A stretch of DNA of 64,000 nucleotides from Pseudomonadota bacterium (GCA_039026395.1 JBCCMK010000003.1:23899-87898), one strand, 5' to 3'; counted from the stretch's first letter, positions 9,420-19,473 are shown. Made by a program: numbers and translations. The notes: generated from the letters alone by a model not told the origin.

Positions 9420-10201
9420 GTTTCTGCGCTCTCGATCTCAAAGTGGTTTTGGGCCGCTGCATGCAAAACTGGGTTTGCAGCAATGACCGTCTCATGGCGA
9501 CTATTCTCACCGATCTTCATCATTTGACCGGCGATATCCGTCACATGGCCTCCTGCTTGGTGCACCAAAAGCAGACCGGCAGCAATATCCCAGTCAGATT
9601 TCCCTGAGAGTGAAATCGTGGCGTCGCAATGTCCACTCGCAACCAGACAGAGGCGATAGGCCATGGACGTCGCGCCTATAAAGACCGGTTTCGGCTTCAA
9701 GTTTGAGATGAAGGATGCCCGAGAGTAGACACCTTCGCCGCCTGCCAGTGTCGCGCCTGCAAGCGCCGAATGGTTGGAAACCTCAACTGGCGTTCCGTTT
9801 AGCGTCGTCTTTGCGTCAAGGCTCGCTGCGTACATTTCGTTGCGAGTAGGATTGTAAACCACGCCAGCGATCGGGCGATGATCCTCAATGATCGCGAGCG
9901 AAACCGTCCACGTGTCGCGCCCGGCAATGTAAGCGCGGGTGCCGTCGATCGGGTCGATGACAAAAACGCGGTCCTTCTTTGTCCGGTCGGGCTCACTTTC
10001 TTCCGACAACCAGCCATAGTCCGGCCGCGCCGAGGTCAAAGCGCGATTAATGAGATTGTCGACGGCCAAATCTGCGTCCGACACGGGCGACCGGTCATCC
10101 TTTCGCCAGTGTTTGAGGTCACGGGTTTGGAATTCCAGCGCGAGTGCGCCAGCGGCACGCGCCGTCTCCTCAAGGAGTGAGAGATCGTCACGATCCGGCA
10201 A
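9416..10201 (-). CDS. inositol monophosphatase family protein (CysQ-like 3'(2'),5'-bisphosphate nucleotidase)
   Basis: Family motifs WLSEES, VIDPIDGT and WDIAAG. Confidence 0.8.
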   Translation of the reverse strand: MPDRDDLSLLEETARAAGALALEFQTRDLKHWRKDDRSPVSDADLAVDNLINRALTSARPDYGWLSEESEPDRTKKDRVFVIDPIDGTRAYIAGRDTWTVSLAIIEDHRPIAGVVYNPTRNEMYAASLDAKTTLNGTPVEVSNHSALAGATLAGGEGVYSRASFISNLKPKPVFIGATSMAYRLCLVASGHCDATISLSGKSDWDIAAGLLLVHQAGGHVTDIAGQMMKIGENSRHETVIAANPVLHAAAQNHFEIESAET

Positions 10202-11585
10202 TCGTCATCTCTCCAACGAAAAGGCTCGGCGCGTTCGTCGCGCCACGTATTTCAAGATCATCAGCGGGCTCAAGGGTTGCAAACATCTCCGTTAAATTCC
10301 CGGCAATCGTAATCTCGCTCACGGGGTAGGTGATTTCGCCGTTCTCAAACCAAAATCCGGATACCCCGCGCGAGTAGTCACCGGTTACAAGATCAACGCC
10401 GCGGCCAAACATGGATGTCACCAGAAGCCCGGTCCAGCATTCTCTCAGGATATCGGCTTGCGAACGCGTGCCATTTGCCATGTTTAGGTTCGTCGTCGAC
10501 GGGGAGGGGTTGCCACCGATCCCACGCGAGGCTCGACCATTGGATGTGAGGCCCAATTGCCGCGCGGTTTGAGTGTCGAGGATCCAGGTTGTCAGCTTGC
10601 CTTTGTCAATGACGCTGAGCGCATGGCTGGGAAGCCCTTCGCCGTCAAATGCCCGTGAGGCAAGCCCACGGCGGACCAACGGATCGTCAGTGATTGTTAC
10701 AGTGTTTGGAAAAATCGCATCACCCAAACGGGTCTTCAGGAAACTCGACCCCCTCGCGATCGCCGATCCATTGATTGCGCCTGCAAGGTTGGAAACCAGG
10801 CTTGCCGCGACACGCTTGTCGAAGACCACCGGCGCTTTCCGAGTTTCAATCTTTCGCGGGTTTTGCCGAGCAATCGCCCGTTCGCCTGCGCGGATGCCGA
10901 TCTCTTCAGGTGTCTCAAGATCAGAGCGAAAGACGGACATGTGGAAGCCGTAATCGCGCTCCATTGCCGTGCCGTCGCCTGCAATGGCAGTGGCCGAAAC
11001 GCTGTGTCCCGTTCTCTGTGAAACGCCTGAAAAGCCGTTGCTGGTGACCAGGACATAACCGGCCAGCCTCGAGCCTGCATTGGCACTGCCGCTTTTGGTG
11101 ACACCCTCGACCGACAGGGCCGCGGCCTCCGCTTCCTTTGCCATCCGTATGAGGTCGTCAGTTGCGTAGAGATCGTCGTCAAGAAGATCGAGTTCCGGCA
11201 TCTCCGTCGCATACTCGTTAGACGCTGCAAGGCCGAGATGCGGATTACCGGGCGCGAGCTTGGCCATGGCGACGGCGCGCTCGGCAAGCGCGGCATAACC
11301 ACTGGTCGCCATGTCATTGGACGATACGATTGCGCTCTTGTCGTCCACAAACACCCGTAGACCCAAGTCAGCGCGCTCGGCCTGTTCGGTTTCGTCCACC
11401 GCCGCATTCCTGATCTCGATCGATTTCGAAACACTCTGGACCGCGATCGCGTCCGCGGCTGTTGCGCCAGCGCGCGTTGCCGCTTCCACAAGCGCTGATG
11501 CGCGATCCACTAGAATGTCCGTGGAGAATTCCGTCATACGAAGTGTCCTTGGCGGCACTGAAAGGTGCCCTTGGTGATGAGTCAT
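10188..11585 (-). CDS. pmbA: TldD/PmbA family metalloprotease, PmbA (TldE) type
   Basis: 465-aa ORF with PmbA-type architecture and the C-terminal GDYSRGVSGFWFENGEI motif. Confidence 0.85.
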   Translation of the reverse strand: MTHHQGHLSVPPRTLRMTEFSTDILVDRASALVEAATRAGATAADAIAVQSVSKSIEIRNAAVDETEQAERADLGLRVFVDDKSAIVSSNDMATSGYAALAERAVAMAKLAPGNPHLGLAASNEYATEMPELDLLDDDLYATDDLIRMAKEAEAAALSVEGVTKSGSANAGSRLAGYVLVTSNGFSGVSQRTGHSVSATAIAGDGTAMERDYGFHMSVFRSDLETPEEIGIRAGERAIARQNPRKIETRKAPVVFDKRVAASLVSNLAGAINGSAIARGSSFLKTRLGDAIFPNTVTITDDPLVRRGLASRAFDGEGLPSHALSVIDKGKLTTWILDTQTARQLGLTSNGRASRGIGGNPSPSTTNLNMANGTRSQADILRECWTGLLVTSMFGRGVDLVTGDYSRGVSGFWFENGEITYPVSEITIAGNLTEMFATLEPADDLEIRGATNAPSLFVGEMTIAGS

Positions 11586-11655
11586 TAAGGCAAATCAGTC
11601 TTCTGTCCACCTTCATGGCCTTTTAACTTCACTTCTTAAGCGCGAAAAAACTCAA

Positions 11656-12270
11656 TTGTTGGAAGCTGTTTGCACGTCAGGGAAAAGAGGCCGCGGAAGT
11701 GGCCCGGCTCGAAAAGGCAAACAGGCCATGCGTCAGAAAAAACATGAGTGTGACGACTCTCTAGTGCCGATCGGCGGCCCGTGTCCGGGTGCGCTACCGG
11801 CAAAATGTCAGCCGCGTGTACCCAATGTTGGTGCGATGCTCATCGATGAGGGGTGTGTCCGTATCGAGGATGGTGCGGTAACCCATATGGTCGCCCTCAA
11901 CCAATATCAGGGTGTGGTGATCTCAACCGTCAGTGCGCCGTCAGCGGAAGTCGCGATTGTTGAAGTGCGCCATGCGGATCCGACAAAATCGGCAATTCTT
12001 TATGGCATCTCGGACGATGCGGAGATTGCCGACCTTCTCTACGCCTGGCAAATGTGGGGCGAACGCCTCGACCTGCCTCGCTTTGTCGAGATGCCGGACG
12101 GATCGCTTTGCGCACCGCCACCGGACCTGAGCCGCTCAGACACGTTTGATTTGCAAGCCGAGCCGCGGCGGCACAACCGACACTATCGTACGCGACGTCC
12201 CCAGAGCGTCGGCGTGCGCGTCTTTAGACCTCACCCTGGATGCAATCTCGGGCTTGAACGGATCATCTAA
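11656..12270 (+). CDS. conserved hypothetical protein (DUF6101-like)
   Basis: The YQGVVIS...RHADPTKSAILYG...WQMWGERLDLPRFVEMPDGS pattern resembles DUF6101 proteins found near pmbA in alphaproteobacteria. The true start is uncertain and could be an internal Met. Confidence 0.45.
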   Translation: MLEAVCTSGKRGRGSGPARKGKQAMRQKKHECDDSLVPIGGPCPGALPAKCQPRVPNVGAMLIDEGCVRIEDGAVTHMVALNQYQGVVISTVSAPSAEVAIVEVRHADPTKSAILYGISDDAEIADLLYAWQMWGERLDLPRFVEMPDGSLCAPPPDLSRSDTFDLQAEPRRHNRHYRTRRPQSVGVRVFRPHPGCNLGLERII

Positions 12271-12274
12271 CTTC

Positions 12275-12841
12275 ATGCGCGTTTTCTTCGTCGGCTTACT
12301 GAGCCTCTTCGTTGCGGGTTGCTTTGGCGGCCCCGCGACGACGTTTTCCACCAATTCGACCTATCTTGTTGCAAGCCAGACCCATGATGCGCTCACGGTG
12401 AAGGCAGGTGGGCTCATCGACTTCGGTGATGACGTGTCAGAAAACGCATTTGCGATCCTGCAGTTCCACAGCCTTGGTCGCGCATCGGAATACATTTTTC
12501 TCTGCGGCGAGCGTGGGCGCATGAGCTGGTATACGGTGCCGCGGGTTCGTCCGGGCCAGCCGCTTCTGGCCTCTTGGTTCGGCGAGCGGAAGGAAAGGGC
12601 GGGGCAGGTCAGTCCAGGTCAGCAATGGCTTCAAGAGGTCATCGATACCGTCAACGTGCAATGGTCACGTTCGATCCGCCCGACGGCAGCCGAGACTGTC
12701 ATCGCGAGCCATCTCAGTGGTCCGAAAGGCACGGTGACGGGGTCTCAAATTCAGGGCGAGGGCGTCGTCGAACTGTCGCGAAGCATGATGTATAATTCCG
12801 ACCCGGAATGGGTTGAAAGCATGCTAGGCGCCTGCAGCTAA
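12275..12841 (+). CDS. hypothetical lipoprotein
   Basis: In-frame ATG at 12275 gives MRVFFVGLLSLFVAGC, a signal peptide plus lipobox. No recognisable domain. Confidence 0.5.
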   Translation: MRVFFVGLLSLFVAGCFGGPATTFSTNSTYLVASQTHDALTVKAGGLIDFGDDVSENAFAILQFHSLGRASEYIFLCGERGRMSWYTVPRVRPGQPLLASWFGERKERAGQVSPGQQWLQEVIDTVNVQWSRSIRPTAAETVIASHLSGPKGTVTGSQIQGEGVVELSRSMMYNSDPEWVESMLGACS

Positions 12842-13791
12842 AGCGAAGCGATTAGCGCTGGGCCGGCGAACGCTCCGAAAACCAACAATCCGAAATATTT
12901 GTTTGAACGAAACGCGCGCAGGCACGTCTCATTCTGATCGGGGTCAAACGTCCACAATTGCCACAAAGCGTGAGCGGTTGGCGCAAGCATAGCGATCAAG
13001 ACGAGAACGCGTGTCGACCCGTCTGGGCTCGCAAGCGCTCCAGCGACTGCAAAACAACCAAGCGCGATTACAAAAAAGAGTGAAATCAACGGCTTCGTTG
13101 CACGTCCAAAGAGCCGCGCAGTGGACTTCACACCGATAATCGCATCGTCGGTCTGATCCTGGTGCGCGTATATCGTGTCGTAGGCGATCGTCCAGGCGAC
13201 ACCTCCGAGGTAAACGAGGATAGCGGGCGTATCGATCCTGCCGAACACGGCAGCCCACCCCATGAGCGCCCCCCAATTGAAGGCGAGCCCCAGAACAAAT
13301 TGCGGCCAGGAGGTGATGCGCTTCATGAACGGATAGATGGCGACGACTGCAAGTGAACAGATGCCGAGCCAGATCGAAAACCAGTTGAACTGAATGAGGA
13401 CGACGAAGCCTGTCAGCGACTGCGCCACCATGAAAATCTTTGCATTGCGAACCGTGACTTCGCCTGCGGGGAGTGGACGGTTCTTCGTGCGCTCCACCTG
13501 TGCATCAATCTTTCGATCGACAATATCGTTATAAGTGCAGCCAGCACCGCGCATGGCGACGGCACCGACGAAGAACAAAAACATGTGCCAGAAGTTGGGC
13601 ATGCTTTCACCGGCAGCGAGTGCCGCGAGACCAGCGGAGAACCAGCACGGCCATAAGAGTAGCCACCAGCCAATCGGCCTGTCCCAGCGAGCAAGCCGAG
13701 CATAGGGTCGCCACGCTTCCGGGAGCCGGGTATTGGTCCAATGACCGCTGAGCGCGTCCGGCGTGATGGATTGCGTCGTCTGTTCGCTCAT
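12838..13791 (-). CDS. ubiA: 4-hydroxybenzoate polyprenyltransferase
   Basis: UbiA prenyltransferase motif NDIVDRKIDAQVERTKNRPLPAG and about 8 TM helices. Confidence 0.9.
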   Translation of the reverse strand: MSEQTTQSITPDALSGHWTNTRLPEAWRPYARLARWDRPIGWWLLLWPCWFSAGLAALAAGESMPNFWHMFLFFVGAVAMRGAGCTYNDIVDRKIDAQVERTKNRPLPAGEVTVRNAKIFMVAQSLTGFVVLIQFNWFSIWLGICSLAVVAIYPFMKRITSWPQFVLGLAFNWGALMGWAAVFGRIDTPAILVYLGGVAWTIAYDTIYAHQDQTDDAIIGVKSTARLFGRATKPLISLFFVIALGCFAVAGALASPDGSTRVLVLIAMLAPTAHALWQLWTFDPDQNETCLRAFRSNKYFGLLVFGAFAGPALIASL

Positions 13792-13922
13792 TGCTGTCGT
13801 ACGTCACAAATCATGGCCGCTTGCGAAACACAGAAGCGGCATTGGTCAGTTTCCCGCTGGTCATAGGGCGCGCGGCAGAATCGTGCAATGTGACACTCGC
13901 AAACGGAAGGGCAGTGCAAACG

Positions 13923-14696
13923 ATGGGGAAATCGAGGCCAAAGGGGCACTCGCCGGGGAGCCGCTCTGCACCACGGCTGTTTGTCGGTCAGCCGCTAAGC
14001 CCAGGCACTGAGATCCCTGCGACGCCCGAGCAGACGCATTATCTCCTGGCAGTGATGCGGCGTGAGCCTGGTGACCCCGTCATTCTCTTCAATGGCATAG
14101 ACGGAGAATGGTCCGGCCATATTGCTCGCGCTGGACGACGCGAATGTGTGATTGCAGCAACGACGCTCTTAAAGGCACAGGCGAAAAAACCTGATCTCAC
14201 CTTTCTCTTCGCGCCACTGAAGCATGCGCGTCTGGACTATCTGGTTCAAAAGGCCACCGAACTCGGGGCTGGACGTATTGCTCCGGTGATTACCCGCCAC
14301 ACAATTGCGAGCCGGGTGAACACTGAACGTATGATGGCAAATGTCATTGAGGCCTCTGAGCAGTGCGGCGCGCTTTGGGTGCCAGATGTTGAAGAGCCAA
14401 AGCGGCTGATCGAAGCGTTGGACGCGATGTCCCCAGAGGCAATATTGGTCTTTTGCGATGAAGCAGCGCCCATTGCCGATCCCGTAGCAGCGTTGAGCGA
14501 AGCGGGCATCGGACCAATCGCTCTTCTCATTGGTCCGGAAGGTGGCTTCTCCGTCGATGAACGCGATCAGATCTTGAAGCGGGAGCGTTTGGTGCGTCTT
14601 TCCCTTGGCCCGCGGATTTTACGAGCCGATACGGCGGGTGTGGCCGCTCTTACGCTTATTCAAGCCGTTCGCGGCGACTGGCATGATCGGACCTGA
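13923..14696 (+). CDS. rsmE: 16S rRNA (uracil1498-N3)-methyltransferase
   Basis: RLFV N-terminal motif and SPOUT C-terminal motif LLIGPEGGFS..E. The ATG at 13923 is preferred to 13791. Confidence 0.85.
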   Translation: MGKSRPKGHSPGSRSAPRLFVGQPLSPGTEIPATPEQTHYLLAVMRREPGDPVILFNGIDGEWSGHIARAGRRECVIAATTLLKAQAKKPDLTFLFAPLKHARLDYLVQKATELGAGRIAPVITRHTIASRVNTERMMANVIEASEQCGALWVPDVEEPKRLIEALDAMSPEAILVFCDEAAPIADPVAALSEAGIGPIALLIGPEGGFSVDERDQILKRERLVRLSLGPRILRADTAGVAALTLIQAVRGDWHDRT

Positions 14697-14748
14697 AACC
14701 CGCTATGCACAGGTGTGGATAGAGTGACGCGCATTTCTCTCCCCATTG

Positions 14749-15588
14749 TCAGACGCGTCCGCCGGTAACGATTGAGACGTGGGCGGGCAAACGAACTTGG
14801 CCAGTTTCGTAATATTCCGAAAAACGCGAGGCGAGTAATTCAACGGCCTTTGCTCGGGAGCCTTCTGCCGCTTCGCCCAAAAGTTCATCGAAGGTCGAAA
14901 ACGTCGAGAGTGCGATTTCAGCGGCCTCCGCCGGGGTGTTTTGATCACCGATTGGGACTGTTCCTTTCCAGGGCGTCGATGCAACGTCAGAAAAGCCAGC
15001 GTTCGACAGAAGCGCGATGAATCTTTCGACCTCGGCGTAGCGGAACGGTCCGGGTGCGTCTGGATCGACTTTTGGAATTTCGACGAACTCGGCCACCACA
15101 TCGCGTACACTGTATATCCAGAGGTTATCCACAGGTGGTCCCCAGACGGCAAACGCGAAGCGACCGCCGGGCTTGAGCCAGGTCGTAAGGTTCTTAAATG
15201 CGCCTTGGGGGTCTTCGAAAAACATGACGCCAAACCGTGAAGCGAGCCGATCATAGCCACCTTCTTGGGGCTGATGAGCCGCCGCATCCGCAACGCTAAA
15301 GCCGATGTCCAGTCTGAAAGAGTGGGCGTTCTCTTTTGCGAGTTCGATGAGCGATGGTGACACGTCATAGCCATGGACCGCCGACCCGTCAGGCGCTTGG
15401 CTCGCGATCTCAATCGACGTCTCGCCGCTTCCGCAGCCAATATCGGCGATTGCCAGTGGTTCCGAGAGTGTCAGCGCTTCGATCAACGGCTCATCAACCG
15501 GTTTCAGCATCGGATCTGTCCACTGAACCTTTGCACGCCATTTATCGCCGCGCTCTGCGGCCCAGTCTGTCGTTGCATGACCTGTCAT
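14749..15588 (-). CDS. class I SAM-dependent methyltransferase
   Basis: Motif I IADIGCGSGETS and post-I/II motifs (LKPGGRFAF). The RBS GGAGAGG lies 4 nt upstream of the ATG. Confidence 0.8.
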   Translation of the reverse strand: MTGHATTDWAAERGDKWRAKVQWTDPMLKPVDEPLIEALTLSEPLAIADIGCGSGETSIEIASQAPDGSAVHGYDVSPSLIELAKENAHSFRLDIGFSVADAAAHQPQEGGYDRLASRFGVMFFEDPQGAFKNLTTWLKPGGRFAFAVWGPPVDNLWIYSVRDVVAEFVEIPKVDPDAPGPFRYAEVERFIALLSNAGFSDVASTPWKGTVPIGDQNTPAEAAEIALSTFSTFDELLGEAAEGSRAKAVELLASRFSEYYETGQVRLPAHVSIVTGGRV

Positions 15589-15627
15589 CGTGCCTCTCCA
15601 AGCTTGAATTCATCTCTGATATCGGCC

Positions 15628-15658
15628 ACGCTACAACTTCAAGCCAACTTGAGGTCAA
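15628..15658 (-). promoter_or_regulatory. MerR-type promoter with 19-bp spacer and embedded dyad operator, reading toward the methyltransferase
   Basis: The minus strand reads TTGACC (15658-15653), then 19 nt, then TAGCGT (15633-15628). The dyad ACCTCAAG-TTGG-CTTGAAGT (15655-15636) overlaps the -35 box and spacer, as in MerR-family promoters. Confidence 0.5.
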
Positions 15659-15665
15659 GCGCGAA

Positions 15666-16064
15666 ATGTTGGACATCGCCGAGGTTGCCGAGAAAACCGG
15701 CTTAACTGCGTCTGCACTACGCTATTATGAGGACCTTGGCCTCATTGAGGCCGTGGGGCGACACGGTCTCCGCCGTCAATATGAACCATCGGTGATCACT
15801 CTGGTGGGTTTGATTTCCATGGGGCGAGCTGCGGGTTTTTCACTGACTGAGATTGGGCAGATTTTCGGCAAGGACGGGAAGCCGAGCATCCCAAGGGAGG
15901 AGCTTCATCGACGCGCGGAAGAGATAGACAGGCAAATCCGCGACCTAAAAACACTGAGCGCGCTTTTACGCCATGTCGCGGAATGCGCAGCGCCTTCGCA
16001 TTTAGAATGTCCGAAGTTCCAGAAACTCATGCGCGTGACTTTCAAACAGAACGCCAAGCGCTGA
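15666..16064 (+). CDS. MerR family transcriptional regulator (C-X7-C C-terminal loop)
   Basis: HTH LDIAEVAEKTGLTASALRYYEDLGLI, a coiled dimerisation helix, and C-terminal ECAAPSHLEC. It lacks the SoxR CX2CXCX5C motif. Confidence 0.85.
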   Translation: MLDIAEVAEKTGLTASALRYYEDLGLIEAVGRHGLRRQYEPSVITLVGLISMGRAAGFSLTEIGQIFGKDGKPSIPREELHRRAEEIDRQIRDLKTLSALLRHVAECAAPSHLECPKFQKLMRVTFKQNAKR

Positions 16065-16190
16065 TCGCCGATCACAATCTCTGTTCATTCTCCCGTTGGC
16101 CTTTTCGGCCGATTGCTATCGCGTGAAACGAGGTCTATGGAATCGTTCTGAATTTACCGCTCACAGTTCGAGCGGCAGGAGCAGATTTGA

Positions 16191-17567
16191 ATGACGGAAC
16201 GCTTTCCAGGCGGTGCGCCTATAACGTCAGAGCGCCAGCTCGCCGAATGGATCGCAGAGGGTGAAAAGCCCGATAGGACGTTGTGGCGCATCGGCACGGA
16301 ACACGAGAAATTTGGCTTCCACACGGCTGATTGTTCGCCACTTCCCTATGATGGGCCATCCGGTATTCGCGCGATGCTGGAAGGCATGCGCGATCAGTTC
16401 GATTGGCAGCCGCTCATGGAAGGCGAGCACATCATCGGGCTGAAATGCCCGCGCACCGGTGGTTCGATCTCGCTTGAACCCGGTGGCCAGTTTGAGCTTT
16501 CCGGCGCGCCGCTCGAAACGGTCCATCAGACCTGTTCCGAGGTGCACACGCACCTAGCGCAAGTCCGCGATATCGCAGAACCGCTCGGCATCGGCTTCCT
16601 CGGTGTCGGGTTTTCGCCGCTTTGGAAGCGGGCCGAAATCCCAATTATGCCGAAGGGCCGCTACAACATCATGCGCGCCTATATGCCGAAGGTCGGTTCG
16701 CTCGGCCTCGACATGATGCTGCGGACGTCGACGGTACAGGTGAATCTCGATTTCGCCGATGAAGCAGACATGGTCGAGAAAATCAGGATCGGTCTGGCGC
16801 TCCAGCCCTTGTCGACTGCGATTTTTGCAAACTCACCGTTCACGGAAGGCAAGCCAAACGGGCATGTTTCCTACCGCTCGGCCATTTGGGCCGACGTCGA
16901 TGGCGATCGCACCGGAATGTTGCCTTTTGCCTTCGAGGACGGCTTTGGGTTTGAGCGGTACACCCAGTATGCTCTCGATGTGCCGATGTACTTTGTCTAC
17001 CGGCAGGGCGCCTATCACGACGCGACGGGCGTGACGTTTCGGCAATATATGGCCGGAGGTCTACGCGATCGCATTCCGGGCGCTGAGCCGACTTTTGCGG
17101 ACTGGGAAAATCACCTCTCCACCATCTTTCCTGAGGTTCGGTTGAAGCGGTTCCTCGAGATGCGCGGTGCTGACGGCGGCCCATGGCGGCGGCTGTGTGC
17201 GCTACCTGCCTTTTGGGTCGGGCTTCTCTACGATGCGAGCAGTCAGGCGGCCGCTCTTGATGTTATCAAGGATTGGTCGGCCGAGGACCGGGAAACGCTG
17301 CGCCAAGCGGTCCCGAAGGAGGGGCTAAAGGCAACGATTAAGGGGCGGCCGCTTCGCGAAGTGGGCCTCGCAGTCCTGGATATCGCGCGAGAAGGTATGA
17401 AAAATCGCCGAAACCTCGATGGCTCGGGCGAAGATGAAAGCCGTTTCCTTGATACCATCGAAGATGTCGTGGGGCAGGGCAGGACACCGGCGGAAGACCT
17501 TCTAGCGAAATACAATGGCGAATGGGGCGGCGATATTTTGCGACTGTTCGCCGAAGAAGCCTACTGA
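16191..17567 (+). CDS. gshA: glutamate--cysteine ligase (GCS2, plant/alphaproteobacterial type)
   Basis: 458-aa ORF with the GTEHEKFGF and LEPGGQFELSGAP motifs typical of the GCS2 family. Confidence 0.85.
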   Translation: MTERFPGGAPITSERQLAEWIAEGEKPDRTLWRIGTEHEKFGFHTADCSPLPYDGPSGIRAMLEGMRDQFDWQPLMEGEHIIGLKCPRTGGSISLEPGGQFELSGAPLETVHQTCSEVHTHLAQVRDIAEPLGIGFLGVGFSPLWKRAEIPIMPKGRYNIMRAYMPKVGSLGLDMMLRTSTVQVNLDFADEADMVEKIRIGLALQPLSTAIFANSPFTEGKPNGHVSYRSAIWADVDGDRTGMLPFAFEDGFGFERYTQYALDVPMYFVYRQGAYHDATGVTFRQYMAGGLRDRIPGAEPTFADWENHLSTIFPEVRLKRFLEMRGADGGPWRRLCALPAFWVGLLYDASSQAAALDVIKDWSAEDRETLRQAVPKEGLKATIKGRPLREVGLAVLDIAREGMKNRRNLDGSGEDESRFLDTIEDVVGQGRTPAEDLLAKYNGEWGGDILRLFAEEAY

Positions 17568-17651
17568 GCCGCTACTCCCATCGGCGGCGTTGATCTCCGC
17601 GATCACGGATTTGAATTGGCCCTGATCGCTCAAAACGGTCAAATCTAACGC

Positions 17652-18599
17652 ATGTCGGAAACGGTCATCCAATCACCGCGCAGCGAACGCGCCTTTGTTG
17701 CGTTGCTCTACGCAGCGACCCTTGTTGCATGGGGGACCAGCTGGTACGCACTCAAAATCAACGCGGCATCTGGTGTTCCGATCGAGGTTTCTGTCTTCTA
17801 TCGGTTCGTGATCGCAGCCGTCGTGATGGTGGTATTCCTGCTTGTGCGGCGTGGCGATGTGATCCTGCCAACCAAGCTGCATCCACGCTTGGCGTTCACC
17901 GGCGTTGCGATCTTTTCGATGAACTTTGTCCTCTATTACTATGCCTCGCGCACCGTCCCCTCGGGCATTCTCGCGGTATGCTTTTCGCTGGTATCGGTTA
18001 TGAATGTCCTCGTCGCGTCGGTGGTTGATCGAAAGCCCGCGGACAAGCGGACGCTGATTGCAGCGTTTTGTGGCGTGTTCGGGCTCTGCGCGGTGTTCTG
18101 GCCGGAAATCGCTGGCCAGACTTTCGATCGCGCAGCACTTCTTGCCTTGGGCCTATGCATCACCGGAAATGTCTTGTTTTGCGCCGGTAATTTCGTTTCG
18201 GCTGGTCTGCAGAAAAGGGGCGTTTCAGTTGTGAGGGCGAACGCCCACGGGATGTTCTATGGTGCGCTCGCAGTCGGTCTGGTTGCGCTCATCAAGGGGC
18301 AGGACTTTTCATTTTCGTTTGAGCCCGCGTTCCTCGTGTCGCTCGGCTGGCTTTCAATCGTCTCAACGGTCATCGCTTTTGCGGCCTACCTCACCCTTTT
18401 GGGACGCATAGGACCGGGACGTGCGGGCACGCTTACAATCGCATTCCCGATAGTTGCGCTCTTCATTTCAACGGTTGCGGAAGGCTATCAGTGGACCATC
18501 CTTGCAGCGTGCGGTGCAGCGCTCGTCGTGATGGGAAATGCGCTCACTCTGCGGCTTCCAGGTAAGGCACAGGATCCACATCCGCAGCAAGGCTCGTGA
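17652..18599 (+). CDS. DMT superfamily (EamA-like) transporter
   Basis: About 10 TM helices in two EamA-like halves. Confidence 0.8.
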   Translation: MSETVIQSPRSERAFVALLYAATLVAWGTSWYALKINAASGVPIEVSVFYRFVIAAVVMVVFLLVRRGDVILPTKLHPRLAFTGVAIFSMNFVLYYYASRTVPSGILAVCFSLVSVMNVLVASVVDRKPADKRTLIAAFCGVFGLCAVFWPEIAGQTFDRAALLALGLCITGNVLFCAGNFVSAGLQKRGVSVVRANAHGMFYGALAVGLVALIKGQDFSFSFEPAFLVSLGWLSIVSTVIAFAAYLTLLGRIGPGRAGTLTIAFPIVALFISTVAEGYQWTILAACGAALVVMGNALTLRLPGKAQDPHPQQGS

Positions 18600-19443
18600 C
18601 CACATGATCGACGAGAGCGTCAGCCACCGATGACGTAAGGCCCGGTGCACGCAAGACGCCGATGTCGAACGTGTCGACCACTGGAAAACCGTCCGCCTCG
18701 CCAAGAATGCGCATGGTTGGTCTGATCGTGACCCGCGGGAACGCGGAGACCGCGAGGCCCGCTGAGACCGCGCCCGCTACGGCCGCGCCATTGGCGCTTG
18801 TGAACGCGATCCGATAGTCGATCGATGCCGCGTCGAGGGCATCAAGCATGTTTTTCCGCCAGATGCAGCCGGGTTGGGACACGGCGAGGGGTATCGGTGT
18901 TTCGAGATGCGCCTCGTGGCGGGCCGACGTGACCCACTGCAGCATCTCGCGCCGGACGATCTGCGCATTTACGGTCTGGGTTTCGCAGGTCACGATGCCG
19001 ACATCGATTTCGCCAGTCTCGACCATGTCGCCGACGCGGATTGATGGTTCGCAAACGATTGTCACATCGACCTTGGGGTGCGTCCGCGAGAAACGCGCGA
19101 GGACATAGGGGAGAAGCGTCTCGGCGTAGTCGTCCGGTGTTCCGATGGTAATGGCGCCGGAGAGTTCGTCTCGGCGAAACGCTGACATCGCCTCGTCGTT
19201 CAGGCGGACAATGCGGCGGGCATACTCAAGCAGGCGCTCGCCATCAGGGGTCAGGATATTGCGTCGACCTTCTTTTCTGAAAACTGGCGTTCCCACCGTG
19301 TCTTCCAGCCGCTTCATCTGCATGGAGACGGTGGATTGCGTCTTGTGAACGATCTCGCCCGCACGACCAAATGTGCCGTGTTCGGCGATCGCAATGAACG
19401 TTTTCAGAATGTCTGGGTCGAGGGAAATCATGCAAAACCTCAT
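18544..19443 (-). CDS. LysR family transcriptional regulator (paralog 1)
   Basis: N-terminal wHTH LKTFIAIAEHGTFGRAGEIVHKTQSTVSMQMKRLE plus a LysR substrate-binding domain. The start could be the MISLD Met 4 codons in. Confidence 0.9.
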   Translation of the reverse strand: MRFCMISLDPDILKTFIAIAEHGTFGRAGEIVHKTQSTVSMQMKRLEDTVGTPVFRKEGRRNILTPDGERLLEYARRIVRLNDEAMSAFRRDELSGAITIGTPDDYAETLLPYVLARFSRTHPKVDVTIVCEPSIRVGDMVETGEIDVGIVTCETQTVNAQIVRREMLQWVTSARHEAHLETPIPLAVSQPGCIWRKNMLDALDAASIDYRIAFTSANGAAVAGAVSAGLAVSAFPRVTIRPTMRILGEADGFPVVDTFDIGVLRAPGLTSSVADALVDHVVTSLAADVDPVPYLEAAE

Positions 19444-19473
19444 ACTTCAATAAAAACGATCGATATCATGAAA

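Noticed and set aside
18544-18599. Convergent 3'-end overlaps: EamA/LysR1 (56 nt), GNAT/tldD (42 nt), YqaA/patatin (28 nt), DUF2093/lpxK (23 nt) and DUF2064/MBL (16 nt).
   Set aside because: Short convergent overlaps are common in compact high-GC genomes, and some may reflect chance C-terminal extensions. I saw no evidence of a functional antisense arrangement.
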